Assembly: GCA_010093995.1 (NCBI GenBank)
Contig: ML992502.1
Span: 1,646,312 to 1,710,311 of the forward strand
Length of the DNA: 64,000 nt
DNA from: Elsinoe ampelina
Taxonomy: Eukaryota
Direction: 5' to 3'
Part shown: positions 50,260 to 62,192 of the stretch, piece after piece
Layout of the letters: each line of letters begins with the position of its first letter
Numbering within the stretch: the first letter of the stretch is position 1
Translations under genes and position numbers: made by a program
Notes under the pieces: model-generated
What the model saw: the letters and a program-made list of their open reading frames with translations, nothing else
What the model was told of the DNA's origin: nothing
The model's database searches: none

Positions 50260-51054
50260 TCATGCCTTCCCGGACTTGGTCACCTTACCCGGCTTCACCG
50301 CCGGCGTCCCCTTATTTTGAGTACCCGACACCACATTCATCTGATCCGGCGACTTCTCCATTGCATTCTGCAACTTATCGGGCGTCATACCTACCTGCTT
50401 CTTAGGCCGACACTGTTTCTTCCCTCCCACATCGACCATCTCCGAGTCCAATGCACACGACGTCACTGACTCGGGTGATGGCGGCCCGGTCGGTGGAGGC
50501 GTCAGTGGGTCTGGCGTCGGGGGTACGGGACTGCCAGGCGGCGCCTGACCGGGGGGCAGTGGGTTCGGCTTCCAATACGTGCCGCTGCCAGTCATGTGAG
50601 ATATGGCGGAGTCGGGATTGGGACTGCCTGGCGGCGAGGGCGTGGCGTCTGGAGTTGAGAGGCCATTATTCGGCGCTTGTGTGACTGGGTTGCTGTTCGA
50701 GCCTTGCTGTTCTTGTTTCTTGCTGGCAACTGGCTCGGCGGGACTAGGCGGCGGTAAATCAGGAATGTTATCCCATTCTGTTGGCGTGAACGCCATGTGG
50801 GAGCTCGGGGCGCTCGGGGACGATGGAGATTGTGGTTGGGATGGTGGAGGTGTATCCAGTCCGGTCGTTTTGATAGGCGGCGGTGTAGGTTTGTATGAAG
50901 GCGAATTCATCTCGTCTTCGGCCGCGAGGATGTCGCTGTAGTCCACACCACCACTTTCATGAGTACTTTGTGAGAGACCAAGTTCACGCGGAGGCGGGAC
51001 GGCGGGAGCGGCCAAGGCGAGGTAGCAGAAAAAGAAGATGGCAAGTGCCTTCAT
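50260..51054 (-). CDS. Secreted proline-rich hypothetical protein
   Basis: Signal-like MKALAIFFFCYLALAAP followed by a Pro/Ser-rich 264-aa single ORF with two C-terminal Cys. Confidence 0.65.
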   Translation of the reverse strand: MKALAIFFFCYLALAAPAVPPPRELGLSQSTHESGGVDYSDILAAEDEMNSPSYKPTPPPIKTTGLDTPPPSQPQSPSSPSAPSSHMAFTPTEWDNIPDLPPPSPAEPVASKKQEQQGSNSNPVTQAPNNGLSTPDATPSPPGSPNPDSAISHMTGSGTYWKPNPLPPGQAPPGSPVPPTPDPLTPPPTGPPSPESVTSCALDSEMVDVGGKKQCRPKKQVGMTPDKLQNAMEKSPDQMNVVSGTQNKGTPAVKPGKVTKSGKA

Positions 51055-51866
51055 TTTGATGGCTCTGCTGTGTCTTTCACAAACGTTCTTGAGAGAGCTG
51101 GGCGAGTGTGCGTACAATCATACACAGCTAGTATATGAGCAACAATAACTTACCTGGGCAAATGGGCAGCAGGCAAGACGACTCATAAGGCGGTCGCTTC
51201 GATGGTCGATGTGGCACTTGCAACACGATACTCGAGGGATTGCAGACTGCGACATGGAGGAGTGCGATGGAGTGGCCACGCGAGAGTTAGACGGGACGCC
51301 AGGGGTCTTAAGATGCTGGTTCAGTCTCGCGAAGTTGTGGTACGGACAGCTGGTCCCAGGTCGAAGTACTACGAAGATACGGTAGAACTAGAAGTCAGAC
51401 GGGTAAAAATGCCGTCGGCAGGCCTGACCAACACAAGCATCGAATGTCCAGTCTTGCCGTGATCATTCTGGCTGTTCAAGCCTTACAAGGCCAGCTAATG
51501 TGACCTTATCTGGTCGAAATCGTCAAAATAGACACACTTCATACAAGGAGCAAGTGACAAGCATATGGACACGGTCTTGAAAAGTGTAGAATCATATTCT
51601 GACTCTCGTCATCTAATCCCCTCCTCTCTCGTGGTATAAGGTATAGTAGTGAATATCTCCACTAGAATTGAAATTCTTCATCAGAAAATGGATCATCTTG
51701 TCCATGCCGTCCTCTCTCATATCCAGAAATAGGGAAAAGGTGTCAAATCCCGGTCATGCAGGAGTAATCTGCCCCTCTGCAGCATGTTATGTGAAATGCG
51801 AAACGCTTTGTCGCTTTTTCAGAAAAAAAAAACACAATCAATGAAACAAATGACAGTCCAGAATGC

Positions 51867-54800
51867 TTAATTCCATCCCAGACTGTTCTCGGCCATGACT
51901 GGCGCGCTGATGCCTTGATCCCGTATGCTTCTTGTGCCTCTACTCGATCCGGCGCTGTTCCTGCTGCCTCGGCCGCCGCCGCTGCGAGTTCCGCTGCCGT
52001 AAGCACCACGGGCTCCGCTCATCCAGTAACCCATGCCAGTTCTGCTTGACCGCTGGCTCATGTATGGCTGGCGTTCGGCTGTTGGTACAGAGGATGCACG
52101 TTGGTGACGTTGTTGCTGTCGCCTGTGACGATAGCGACGGGCGACCATGACCATGGCTGCAGCGTAAATGGCTGCACCAGCAACTGCACCCATTCCGATA
52201 CCAACGCTGGAGCCCTTGACTGGTGCAGAAGCGCCGGCATCGCCACCGATAGGAGCACCACCTGCTTGAGAGCCTGTGGATGGATCGGTTGGATCGTAGG
52301 TGCCGGCATTGTTACCATTCTTGCTGTCTGTCGAATCACCTGGCTGGATCGAAATGGTAGGATCAATGAAAGACATGACAGTCCTGGCTGACCCGTCAGG
52401 ATTGTTGTAAATGGGTGCGATCGAGTTGTGTAGATCCAAGGCGAGCTGATTGACCTTCTCGGCTGGCACGTAGGCCATTGCGAGCGTAGTGATGTACTTG
52501 AGGTCCGTGGTGGTGTCATAAGGCCTGAGACCATACATGCGTACGTCGTCAGAAGAGATGCCGAGACCATAACTAATCCCTGCTGGAACGTAGCGGAAGA
52601 TCTGTTGGGTGGTGTTCGACGAGCTGACAACGAACGGATAGTTGAAACCAAACGTGAAGCCAACCTGAATCAAAGATGAATTGCTAGGACGAGCAGGGAT
52701 ACCCTCGCGCGGCTGGATCAGACGTGGAAGGGTGGTCGGAATGCCATATGGGACGCTGGTGGTGGGCATGGCTCCAGTAGGCGCGTAGACAATGCTTGTG
52801 GGGACATCATCAGGTGTAGTGCCAGGAAGAGTGCCGGTCGGGATGATGCTTGTCGGCGCGCTGGTTACAGTTGGAACCCCAGTGTCAGTCTCAATGTCGG
52901 TCGGGGCGGCAACAGGAGTGGTGACAGAAGGTCCAGTGACAGTAGGGCCAGTCTCCGTACCAGTGCTTGTGCCAGTTGGACTCGTCACTGGAGTTGTGAC
53001 AGCATCAGTTGTGGTTGGGGAAGTAGGAACACCCGTGGCAGCACTCGTAGAGTTCTCCGATGTCGTCGGCGTCGTAATGGTGGTTTCGCCGGTCGTAGTC
53101 GGAGGCAGGACGATAGGGCTGCTTGGGGATGTACCAGGGGTGGTCTCAATGGTTGATGGGCCAGTGGTGGTCGGGCTAGTCTCTGACGGGTATGTGATGG
53201 TCGAAGGTCCTGTCACGGTTGACGGGTCGGGAAGAGTGGTGGTATCCGACGGTCCGAAAGTGGTGGTAAGACCAGTAGTGATCGGAATCGAGTCGGAAAT
53301 GGTGGTTGGTCCTGGCACAGGACCAGTAGGCTGGTCAGTGACGGTCGCATTCGTGGTCGTCTCCCCACCGCTCGTTGGCAAAGGTACAGGAACATTGTCG
53401 GTTGTAGACGGTCCAGTCTCGCTTGGTCCAGTGACGGTCGGCGAATCAGCAGGGCTGCTAGGTGTCGAGCCTGGCACAGTCTGGCTTTCGCCACCAGTTG
53501 GCAGTACCGTAGGATCGGTCACTGTCGGCAGAGTCGTCGTCACTGGAGGTCCATCAGACGGGATGGGCAGAGTTGCACTGATAGCGGAGGACAGGTCCGA
53601 GCTGAGCGCAGATGAGATCGAGGAGATGATGCTCGAGACATCTGATGGCAGCACACCAGTGGGAAGGACACCGGTTGGCAAGATGCCAGTGTTTGATGGC
53701 AATGTCTCGCCCGGCGTAGTCGGCGTCGGTTCTGGTACGACCACGCTTTGACTATCGGTACCTGAAGGTACAGGCACAACGACCGGGGGCGTGACTGTAT
53801 TCGTCCCAGATGGTACGGCATCCGATGGAGTTGGCACAACGACAGTACCCGTACCTGGTGCAGTTGGAACCAGATCGGTCAATGTGGGTAGCAAATCAGT
53901 CAAGGACGGAATGAGACCGGTGTTCGAAGGTGCAGGCTGCGATTGCGATGGTGGGAAGACGCCTGTCGGGCTTGGGGAAACCGGGACTGTCTGACCATCG
54001 GTGACGGTGGTGCCTGGCTCACCAGTAGGTCGACCGGCAGTTGGGCCGGTGGCTGTAGGCACAGAAACAGTGTTGGTATCGGTAGGCACTGGTGGCAGAA
54101 CGATGGGTGTTTCAGTGTTGCCACCTGTGGGACGAGGTTGATCGCCTGGCAGAGTCTCTGACGGGACGGTCTCGCTATCTCGTGTCGCTGTAGGTTGACC
54201 GGGGCTGATGATGGTGGAGAGGCCCACAGTGATACCGGGGAAACGCGTCGAGGATGATGGAGTATCCTCCGAGGACGGTGTAGGCTGAGTTGGTGTTGTT
54301 GGGCCCGAGGTGGGAGAGGCGACGGTCGTAGGGACGGAGCCTGTAGATGAGCCGTCGTTCGAATCGGTCGGACTCGGTGGCGTTGGCTGCACGATTGGTC
54401 CGGTACGTGTAGCGGAGGGCACAGTCGTGTCATCGTTAGTGCTACCACGAGTTGGCTGGATAACAGGGCCTGTAGCAGTGGCAGACGGTGCGGTTGGACC
54501 ATCATTCCCGCCGGAGGGCGATGACGGTGGAGGCGACACGACAGTCGTATCAGAGGACAGGTCGGTCGTGGCATCAGTGTTGGTGGTCGGTTGAATGATG
54601 GGTCCAGTACGAGTACCTGTGCCTGTGCCTGAAGGGAAGCCAATCACTGGGTTAGACGGTTGTGTGGTGGTAGTCTCGGTGGTTGACGGAGGAGTTGGCT
54701 GGACTGGGTCCGATGGGACTGATCCAGTACCAGTCCCACGACCGCTAGTGGGTCCAGTAGGTTCCCGAACGGTCTCGCTGGTTTCATCGGTGGTCGAGCT

Positions 54801-55493
54801 CGGCGGTGTTGGCTGAATGGGGTTTGATGGGACATTGCCATTACTAGGACGGGTGGTCACTGTCGTCTCGGTCGTGCTTGGTGTGGTCGGGTCGCTGGCA
54901 GGTGGAGTCGGCGGAACAATGACAGTAGGGCCGTTTCCGGTACCAGTATTCTCCCGGGTCAGAGTGCGCTCAGTGTTCGTTGTGCGAGCCGTGTTACCCT
55001 CACCTATGCTTCCATCTCGAGGAGGAGTTGGAACCACCGTCTCGGACGCGGGCTGTGAGGCAGACGGCTGGCTTGACGGCGCAACGACGACAGAGCTGGG
55101 TGTTGTCGTCGTAGTGTCTTCTGTGGTTGTGGGATCTCTTGTGATCGATGGAAGGCCACCAGTACGGCCCAAGAAACCACCGTTGCCACCAGGTGGTGGT
55201 GGTGATGGTTCTGTGTCTATAGGCTCAGGAGTTGTGGGTGTAGTCCTCGCTGTTGTGCTCGGCGGTATCCGTACAGTTGTGTCTTCATCCGACGGTGCGG
55301 CTTCTTGTGTTGTGGTGGTGACTGTGTTGTTGCCAAACGATACCTGTCGTTTGATGTGCTTGGGGTAGTAGAATTTCGGCAGATCTTCGACCTGATGTGG
55401 AAGAGCTGGAGCGGCAGCCACAGTGAGACCAGACCCATCGAAGAGGGGAATTATAGACAGGGCGGCTGTCCAAGTGAAGACTATTGACTTCAT
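51867..55493 (-). CDS. MSB2: Signalling mucin Msb2/Hkr1 family
   Basis: Signal peptide, KR site, ~900 aa Ser/Thr/Pro tract, HMH domain (LIQVGF..FNYPFVV...QQIFRYVP.GISYGL..L.PYDT..Y.TTLA), one TM helix, C-terminal ISAPVMAENSLGWN. Confidence 0.92.
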   Translation of the reverse strand: MKSIVFTWTAALSIIPLFDGSGLTVAAAPALPHQVEDLPKFYYPKHIKRQVSFGNNTVTTTTQEAAPSDEDTTVRIPPSTTARTTPTTPEPIDTEPSPPPPGGNGGFLGRTGGLPSITRDPTTTEDTTTTTPSSVVVAPSSQPSASQPASETVVPTPPRDGSIGEGNTARTTNTERTLTRENTGTGNGPTVIVPPTPPASDPTTPSTTETTVTTRPSNGNVPSNPIQPTPPSSTTDETSETVREPTGPTSGRGTGTGSVPSDPVQPTPPSTTETTTTQPSNPVIGFPSGTGTGTRTGPIIQPTTNTDATTDLSSDTTVVSPPPSSPSGGNDGPTAPSATATGPVIQPTRGSTNDDTTVPSATRTGPIVQPTPPSPTDSNDGSSTGSVPTTVASPTSGPTTPTQPTPSSEDTPSSSTRFPGITVGLSTIISPGQPTATRDSETVPSETLPGDQPRPTGGNTETPIVLPPVPTDTNTVSVPTATGPTAGRPTGEPGTTVTDGQTVPVSPSPTGVFPPSQSQPAPSNTGLIPSLTDLLPTLTDLVPTAPGTGTVVVPTPSDAVPSGTNTVTPPVVVPVPSGTDSQSVVVPEPTPTTPGETLPSNTGILPTGVLPTGVLPSDVSSIISSISSALSSDLSSAISATLPIPSDGPPVTTTLPTVTDPTVLPTGGESQTVPGSTPSSPADSPTVTGPSETGPSTTDNVPVPLPTSGGETTTNATVTDQPTGPVPGPTTISDSIPITTGLTTTFGPSDTTTLPDPSTVTGPSTITYPSETSPTTTGPSTIETTPGTSPSSPIVLPPTTTGETTITTPTTSENSTSAATGVPTSPTTTDAVTTPVTSPTGTSTGTETGPTVTGPSVTTPVAAPTDIETDTGVPTVTSAPTSIIPTGTLPGTTPDDVPTSIVYAPTGAMPTTSVPYGIPTTLPRLIQPREGIPARPSNSSLIQVGFTFGFNYPFVVSSSNTTQQIFRYVPAGISYGLGISSDDVRMYGLRPYDTTTDLKYITTLAMAYVPAEKVNQLALDLHNSIAPIYNNPDGSARTVMSFIDPTISIQPGDSTDSKNGNNAGTYDPTDPSTGSQAGGAPIGGDAGASAPVKGSSVGIGMGAVAGAAIYAAAMVMVARRYRHRRQQQRHQRASSVPTAERQPYMSQRSSRTGMGYWMSGARGAYGSGTRSGGGRGSRNSAGSSRGTRSIRDQGISAPVMAENSLGWN

Positions 55494-58400
55494 GATTGCG
55501 GAGTGATAGTGTTAGAAGTGATGTGCGTGTCGATCGAGTCGAGCTGCGCAATCGTCAGCGGGTATTGGTAGCTCTTTCGAATAGCGACGTACTGTCAGGA
55601 AAGTTGTTAAACGAGTGTACTTGACGTATAGTCAGATTGGCAGGTCTAGATGAGATCAGTTTACGGCTAGCCTTGTTTCTGATGCCGGACATACCACTTC
55701 GACCTGTATTTAAGGACAGGCAGTCTACTAGACCAAGTGCTTAATGATGCAAATAATGCCGCTGCTCGATTCGCTGGAATGGAAATCTATTCCATGATCG
55801 AATGAGGTGAAGACGACGATGCAGTTAGACGAAGTCGTGTTAACGAATGTGGACGACGCTAGGATGGGCAACCTGACGCGTCTGGGTCGGACTGTCGTCT
55901 CTTGATCGTACAAAGACCACGGCGATAGTGAATTAGTTATCGCCCGCAACAATACACGATCGATGTCTTATGCCGTCTTGCAGCAAGAAGTCGAGGCGTG
56001 GAAAGTGGTTGCAGGTGTCGACCAGGGGCTTGCAGTCTTTGTGACCGCGTGTATTTTTTGCTTTGTGGTCACGTCAAATGTTGACAGGCGGCGAGAGATC
56101 AAGCAGCGCGGGCCGTTGTCGATTGTGGGCGCCGTTGAGCAAACAAAGTCGTGGTGAGGCTCAGCTGAGGTTGGGCGCTTTGTCTGATGCTCGAAATGCA
56201 ATTTGCCCGTCGGTCAAATCGTGTCCAGGAACAAAGACGGTGGAAATTGTCCTCACTACCCTGCTCTTTCGGATTTCCTAGTCGCGATCGAAGGAGTGAC
56301 AGAGAATGTTCATGTACAGAGAGGTAGATGAAAGGGGCGCGGGAACGTTTGTCGGTCAAGGGTGCGGTCGGGAAGACGTTGATGACTGAAGGCCGGGGGT
56401 CGAGATTGGCGTGTTTCGAAAGTCAACTGCTGGGGTTATCGTTGAATGGACCAGCAGTCGTTGTCGATATGGGAGATGGGCCTGCGGCGGCGGTGGGTGA
56501 CGGGCTGAGGTTGAAGAGAAGGGAAGGGCAAGACGAAAGAAGTGCGGCAGCTCACGACAGGACGAGAAGGGACAGGCGGATTTGGATTTGGCAGAGGCAG
56601 AGACAGAGACAGGGCGAACAAGGGTGGAAGGGCACAGCCGTGGGTTTAGCGCAGGCGCACGGGGACAGAATGCGCAGCCAAGCACGTCTCTTCCCAGAGG
56701 ACATTTACAGGAACCGGAATAGCGTCAAAGTATGTTCGTTTCCAGAGGTATTCTCCAGGGACAAAGGGCAGGACACTGTTGCTGTTGATCCTGCTAATGC
56801 TCCGGGCTACAGCATGATTCATCGATCATGTCTACACCTCTGCTTTGTCAGGGCATGCACCTCGATGGGCTGCAGGGCAGAGATTACACACAACATCCGG
56901 CCCCATCTCAACGAGGATATCAGCAGCCAAAATGAGCCCGATTCGGGCCTAGTTGTGATGGAAGGAGCAGCCCATTGGCCAGGCCACAAGTCGATTTGTG
57001 GGGGGAGTGCTGCAGTCCGCAATATTTGCCCGCACTAATAATTGGAAGTTCAGCAGCCCTGGACAGTGGCAGCTAAACAGATGAACACGCTGCTGTCGGA
57101 AATGAGACACAACAATTTCGGCCGACACGAGACTCGGAGGGAAAAATGTCATTCGCGCCACCGATTGTTGCATGTCGTTCAAAAGTGCAACAGGTGATGG
57201 AATAGTAGAGGCCTGACAGATGTCTTTACAATATTGCGATGTCCGCCCGGCGTGTGCTGGACAAAAATAGCCAGAGCAGTGCCTGATCGCCGACCATTGG
57301 GAATGGAGCGAGTGCTCACGCAGCGCTTAACAACATCTGTTATTCACACTCACTATCGACTGCTCGGCGCTCTCCTGCTGGACACTCTACTACTCCGTAT
57401 CTATACCTTGGGATCTTTGAACGCGTGTGCAATCTTCCTCTTCGATGCTTCTTCCGTCGTACAGCAGTCCCGACATGCAGGGAGCCCACCAAAGAGGTAA
57501 CACCGGACGACGTGCTGCAGCCGTCTCGAACCAGCAAGCAAATGCGACGATGATGATCAAGTCGAGACCTTTTTCCCTCTCAGCTGCTCGATGCGGCTGG
57601 CAGGGCCGCTGATCCAACGAGCTCATCTGACCTGACTATGACATGGGCCAGCTCACCGGCCTTCTTCTTCCAGTGTTCCTCCGTCTCTTGCAAGAGAGTA
57701 CAATCTCCAAAGTACCATTTCTGCTTCGCTGTCTAGCATCACAGGCTTCGTAATGGTCCTCTCGTGTTCTGCTGCAACGAGTCTGGCCGTGTGCCGTCCC
57801 GCCTAAGCCTTGGTCGCGCGAGCACAGACTCCAGTTCCTCTCTCACTCGAGATGCGGCTGATCTTGCTCAATCCAGGCTAGCGCGACAAGAAGTGCAAAT
57901 TGCAGGGCCAAACCTGGTGGAAATGATGCACACAGAGAACAACTTCAAGCCCTCACTCGCAACATGAACCAAAGCCACGTTCATCAATTGACATGAACAA
58001 GGGCGTCGAGGACGTCACAGCCATGACCTGACCTGTCATCCCAAGTCCTCGGTGATTGCGACAGAAACACATTCTGCAGTTTCGTTTCAAGCAAGGTCGT
58101 CCGTAAGACGAGTCCTCTCCCATACCTCCACGGCGCTTGTTTCATCTCACCTCACACCCTGCCACATCCCCCCCCCCAACAACCTCTTCACCCGCAGCCG
58201 TAAGTTTCTTCACGCATACAGCAATCTCATTATTCCCCTGTCTCGCGCTTCCCCGTCCGCGAGAAATCACTGTCTCTCCAATCCCGCCAATGTACCGCCA
58301 GGCCACACGCGGCGAAGCAACACACTATCGCCCGCCTCCCGCCCCCGGGACACACGACCGGAGTGTTGGTGTTGTCTCACTGCAAGCGCCGCCGCCGCCG

Positions 58401-59666
58401 CCGCCGCAGAATAGCACACCTCTCGCCGAATTCGTCCTTCCAGAGAATTATTCAATTTGGTAGGAATAATAACCTCGCACCCACGTCCGGCTCCTCCCGA
58501 CACTCTCCTTCGTTCGCAGGCGGCAGGTCAGGAACGTCCCAGCCTCGTGCCCGCTTCCAGGTGGAATGGCGTCGGGATTCGTCCATGCGAGAGTCAGGGA
58601 TGGCGTCGGTGGGCCTCGATCGGTGCCGCGCAGGAGATGAGCCTGCCTGGACGTGGTCGATGCTAGATCTGTCCTGCATCGGACGGGGGGGGGGGGGCAT
58701 GGGGGGCGTCTGTCATTGTGGGCTTGGGACTGAGCTTGGTACCTGCGTGGTGCCATGTACGTGACAGCTGCAAGCCCCTGTGTCGAACTGCATGCACGAG
58801 ACATTGGCAGCAGGCGGCTTGGTGTCGAGGTACTGTAAGTTGTGCAGCCACACGTGAATCGTCATTTCGCCTGCGATGCGTGACAATTGCACCTCATCGT
58901 TCGTGTTCCGAGTGGGCATCGCCAGTCCTCTGGCACACTATTCTAGGTGCATAGCTAGAGGACCACGTCGACCTTGTCCATATCAACGATTGGTACATGC
59001 CCTCGTCTTGCTTCGCTCCTTCACTGCGAAGCTCATCGTTTCACCGTCCGCATCGAGGTAGGCGACAAGCAGAGCCTATCCCATCTTGTTCATCTGCCGC
59101 CAAACCCTGCTCCAGTGGCGAGGTATCACTTCATTGACAGATTCGACGTAAGGGCTACGACCTCACAACCCCATCTCCCTTTGGCTGTTCTGGTAGGACT
59201 CTTTAGGTGGATGAGGAACGAACCCATGACATTGTTCGATCATGGCTCTTGCCGTGTCGCTGGTCTCGGTGACCTGTGTGAGCAGACTAGTCTTTCTGTC
59301 ATTCTCGTCCTGGCCAGCGGTGACACCATACAATGATCAAGACACGCGAGCACTAAGACGAAGCTACAGGTGATCTCCCAGCTCTGCTCCAACAGAAATG
59401 ATACACGGTGCCAGAGGAGCCCTCACGTGGTCACCACCGCTCAATGATACGCAAGGTGAGTGAGGTACATTTTCTTTTGATTTTACACTATACACGCCAA
59501 CCTCCTACCCACTGCCATACCAGATATCCAGTCCACCTCTTCCCCAAATCCCCATGTGCTCCCCCTTCCCCCTATGGCCTTCCCTTGACCCAATCCAGGC
59601 CACACCTCCCAACCTCCCCTACTCACTCCCCCATCCCTTCCCTCCTCCCCATCCCAGTCTCCACCT

Positions 59667-62192
59667 TTACTTTAACCCCTTCAACCCCTCCATCGCCTTC
59701 CCCCCACACGCCCTCTCGAGCGTCAAAAAGGCAAAATGCGCCCCCACCACCGGCCGCGCGAAAAAGTCCGGGCCAGGAAACCCGCCATCCTCCTCCGTCT
59801 TATACAAATCCGTCAAAGGCCGATCCACCTCCGTCTCATTCAACCATTTGCTCACTCGCTGCAGAATCTCCGTTCGGGTACGATTACTGCTCACGGCCGC
59901 GGCTTCGAACTCCCAGTCGGATTTGGTGTACAGATGCCTGCTGTCGAGGGGGAGGCCGTATTTTTGCATGACCGCGTGGTACCAATCGCTTTGTTGCTGG
60001 TAGATGTGCGTGGGGATGAGGTTAGGGGAGGAGCCCTTGCCGGGTTTGAGGGGCTTTTGGTCGCCGAAGTGGCGCGAGGGAGTCAGGGCAGGGAGGGCGG
60101 CGTTGGAGTGGTCTTCGGCTTCTGGGTGGAAGCAGAGCAGGGCGTCGGCGTAGAGGCTGTACAGTGTGGTCCAGGAGCCGTACCAGTCGTAGGCGAGCTT
60201 GGCGTGGCTGCCGTCGCGCGAGATGCCGTATTCTTCCCATTTGGCGATGTAGGTCTCGCTGATGTTGCGGTAGTGTTTGGCGTCCGAGTCTTCGCCCATT
60301 ACTTCTGCGAGCTCCGACATGGCCCGGATGCCAATGATGCCTTTGAGGGCGAGGTTGGTCTGGAGGGCAAGCCAGCCGGCGAAGTCGTCGGTGCAGAGCT
60401 GGTTCTCGGGCTCGAGGGAGAACTCGACTAGGTAGCCAGTCCATTGCTTCCAGATGCGGTAGCTGCGAGACAGCCATTTCTGTGCTTGCTTGTGGCCAAG
60501 GGCGCCTCCAAATTTGTTGTCCAGGCCCCAGACCTCGTCGCGCGTCTCGAGACTTGTCAGGTGGAAGGCTGAGAGGTCTGGGTTGGACAGAGACGAGACA
60601 CTTTCTTCGGAGCCGAGGGTGGACCAAACAGATTGGGCAGTCTCCTCAGACGAGTACGATAGAGAATTGACCAGCGCAAGACCCATGATGAGAATGTCTC
60701 CACACTCCTCGACAGGCATGTACTCATCCCGTCCATCCGCATGTCCAGTCAAGTTCGGGTAGTGATATCCTAGATCGTGCATGGCATACTTGTTCGGGTA
60801 TTGTCCAGAAAGCATGTGTTCCAGATGAGGCTCCAACAGGTAACCCAACCAGCGTGGGTTAGTGTACAAGAAGAATGGGAAGGCCGGGAAGATGACATCG
60901 ATCGTCTGACAATTGCCATTCGACGAGATTTCCTTCAAGAACAAGATTGGGTTCTCGACTGTGCCGGAAAAGTCGGTAGCTCCCATGGTCTGACGAGCAG
61001 ACAGAGCAACAATATCCACGTAAGAGTCTGAGCCAGACCGGTAAGCATCAATTGCCAGCTGATCGGAGTAGTTCTGCGCAAGAGCCGAAGCGTGCTTGAA
61101 GTCCTGCCAGTGGAACCTGGTCAACTTGTCCTCTGTCAAGAACCAGCTTTTCCATAATGGCCTCATGAGAGTGAGCCCGCGGGCTGAAGCATACTGGACC
61201 ACCGGATCTCGCACGTGAGCGATTGTAAAGGTGACACTCTCAGAGCTAGCCTTGTCCGATTCGTTCTTGGCCAGCTTGAAAGACTTGGAGAAGGCAAATA
61301 CTGGCTCCTCTTCCATAACCCTGCGGTAGTTCTTGTCGATCCGATTGTTCAGGTTGCCGTGCTTCGCAAAGTGTTTTCGCAATTCAGCAGAGACACCAGA
61401 CTCGTGGTGTACATCGCCAGGTCCAGTGAACCTCAACGAACCCCACTCCGCGTGATCAGCCCACTCTGTGAGTATCTGCTCTTCCTCTCTCTTCCATGTC
61501 CAAGTCTTGAGGTATTCTCCATGGTCAATCTCAGTCCTCTCGAGGGACCAATCGATGCGGCTGCCTCTATCACCGCTAACCCATTGGCCATTCAGATCGA
61601 TGTAGAGATTGATATCAAAGTTGCCCGTGACATACGCAGTCAAATACGCAGCAGGTATAGACTGGCGCAGAGTCGAGGTAGGAGTGATGGGCGAAAGGAA
61701 AGACAGAGTGAGCTCAGCAAGCTCGTCCTCGGGTCCAGGGATCTGGTACGTGAGGTTCGTCACCGACGCATCGTACTTGGACCCAACATAAGTAGGGAAC
61801 GAAAGATTGTACCTATCCCATGTCAGCTTCTGCCGCTCCCAACCCCCAATCATGCAACCTACTCCGACCCCGACCTGCTGAGCGAATCATGCGGCCTCCC
61901 AAGCAAAGGATACACCGTCCCCGTCTCGGGCACGCCAACCATGATCCCAAACCCAATCTGCACTCATCAGTCTTCGGCCCCGCACTGTATCCGCACCACT
62001 TACGCTCGAACCCGTGTAGAAGATCGGCCAGCGACTCCACGGCGCCTCGCGGGCATCCTGCAACCATGTCGAGAGGTAGGGGTTGCGCACAATAAGCGGC
62101 AGGACAGGGGGCTTGAGTGTTGACGCTGAGCAAGTGGTGACGAAGGACGTCAATGCCAGCACCAAAGCCGGCAGAGGCGCGAGGGCTCTCAT
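59667..62192 (-). CDS. gtaA: Secreted glutaminase GtaA family
   Basis: Signal peptide, PPVLPLIVRNPYLSTW, FLSPITPTSTLRQSIP, FLKEISSNGN.QTIDVIFP, YAMHDLG, MPVEECG, QLCTDDFAG, FFARPVVG. Introns 62003-61958 and ~61862-61813. Confidence 0.92.

Noticed and set aside
52792..55368. Long antisense Val/Gly-rich ORFs opposite MSB2 (similar ones opposite the GPI protein, F-box, gtaA and LEA1)
   Set aside because: Expected shadows of Thr/Pro-rich or skewed coding sequence; no independent motifs.
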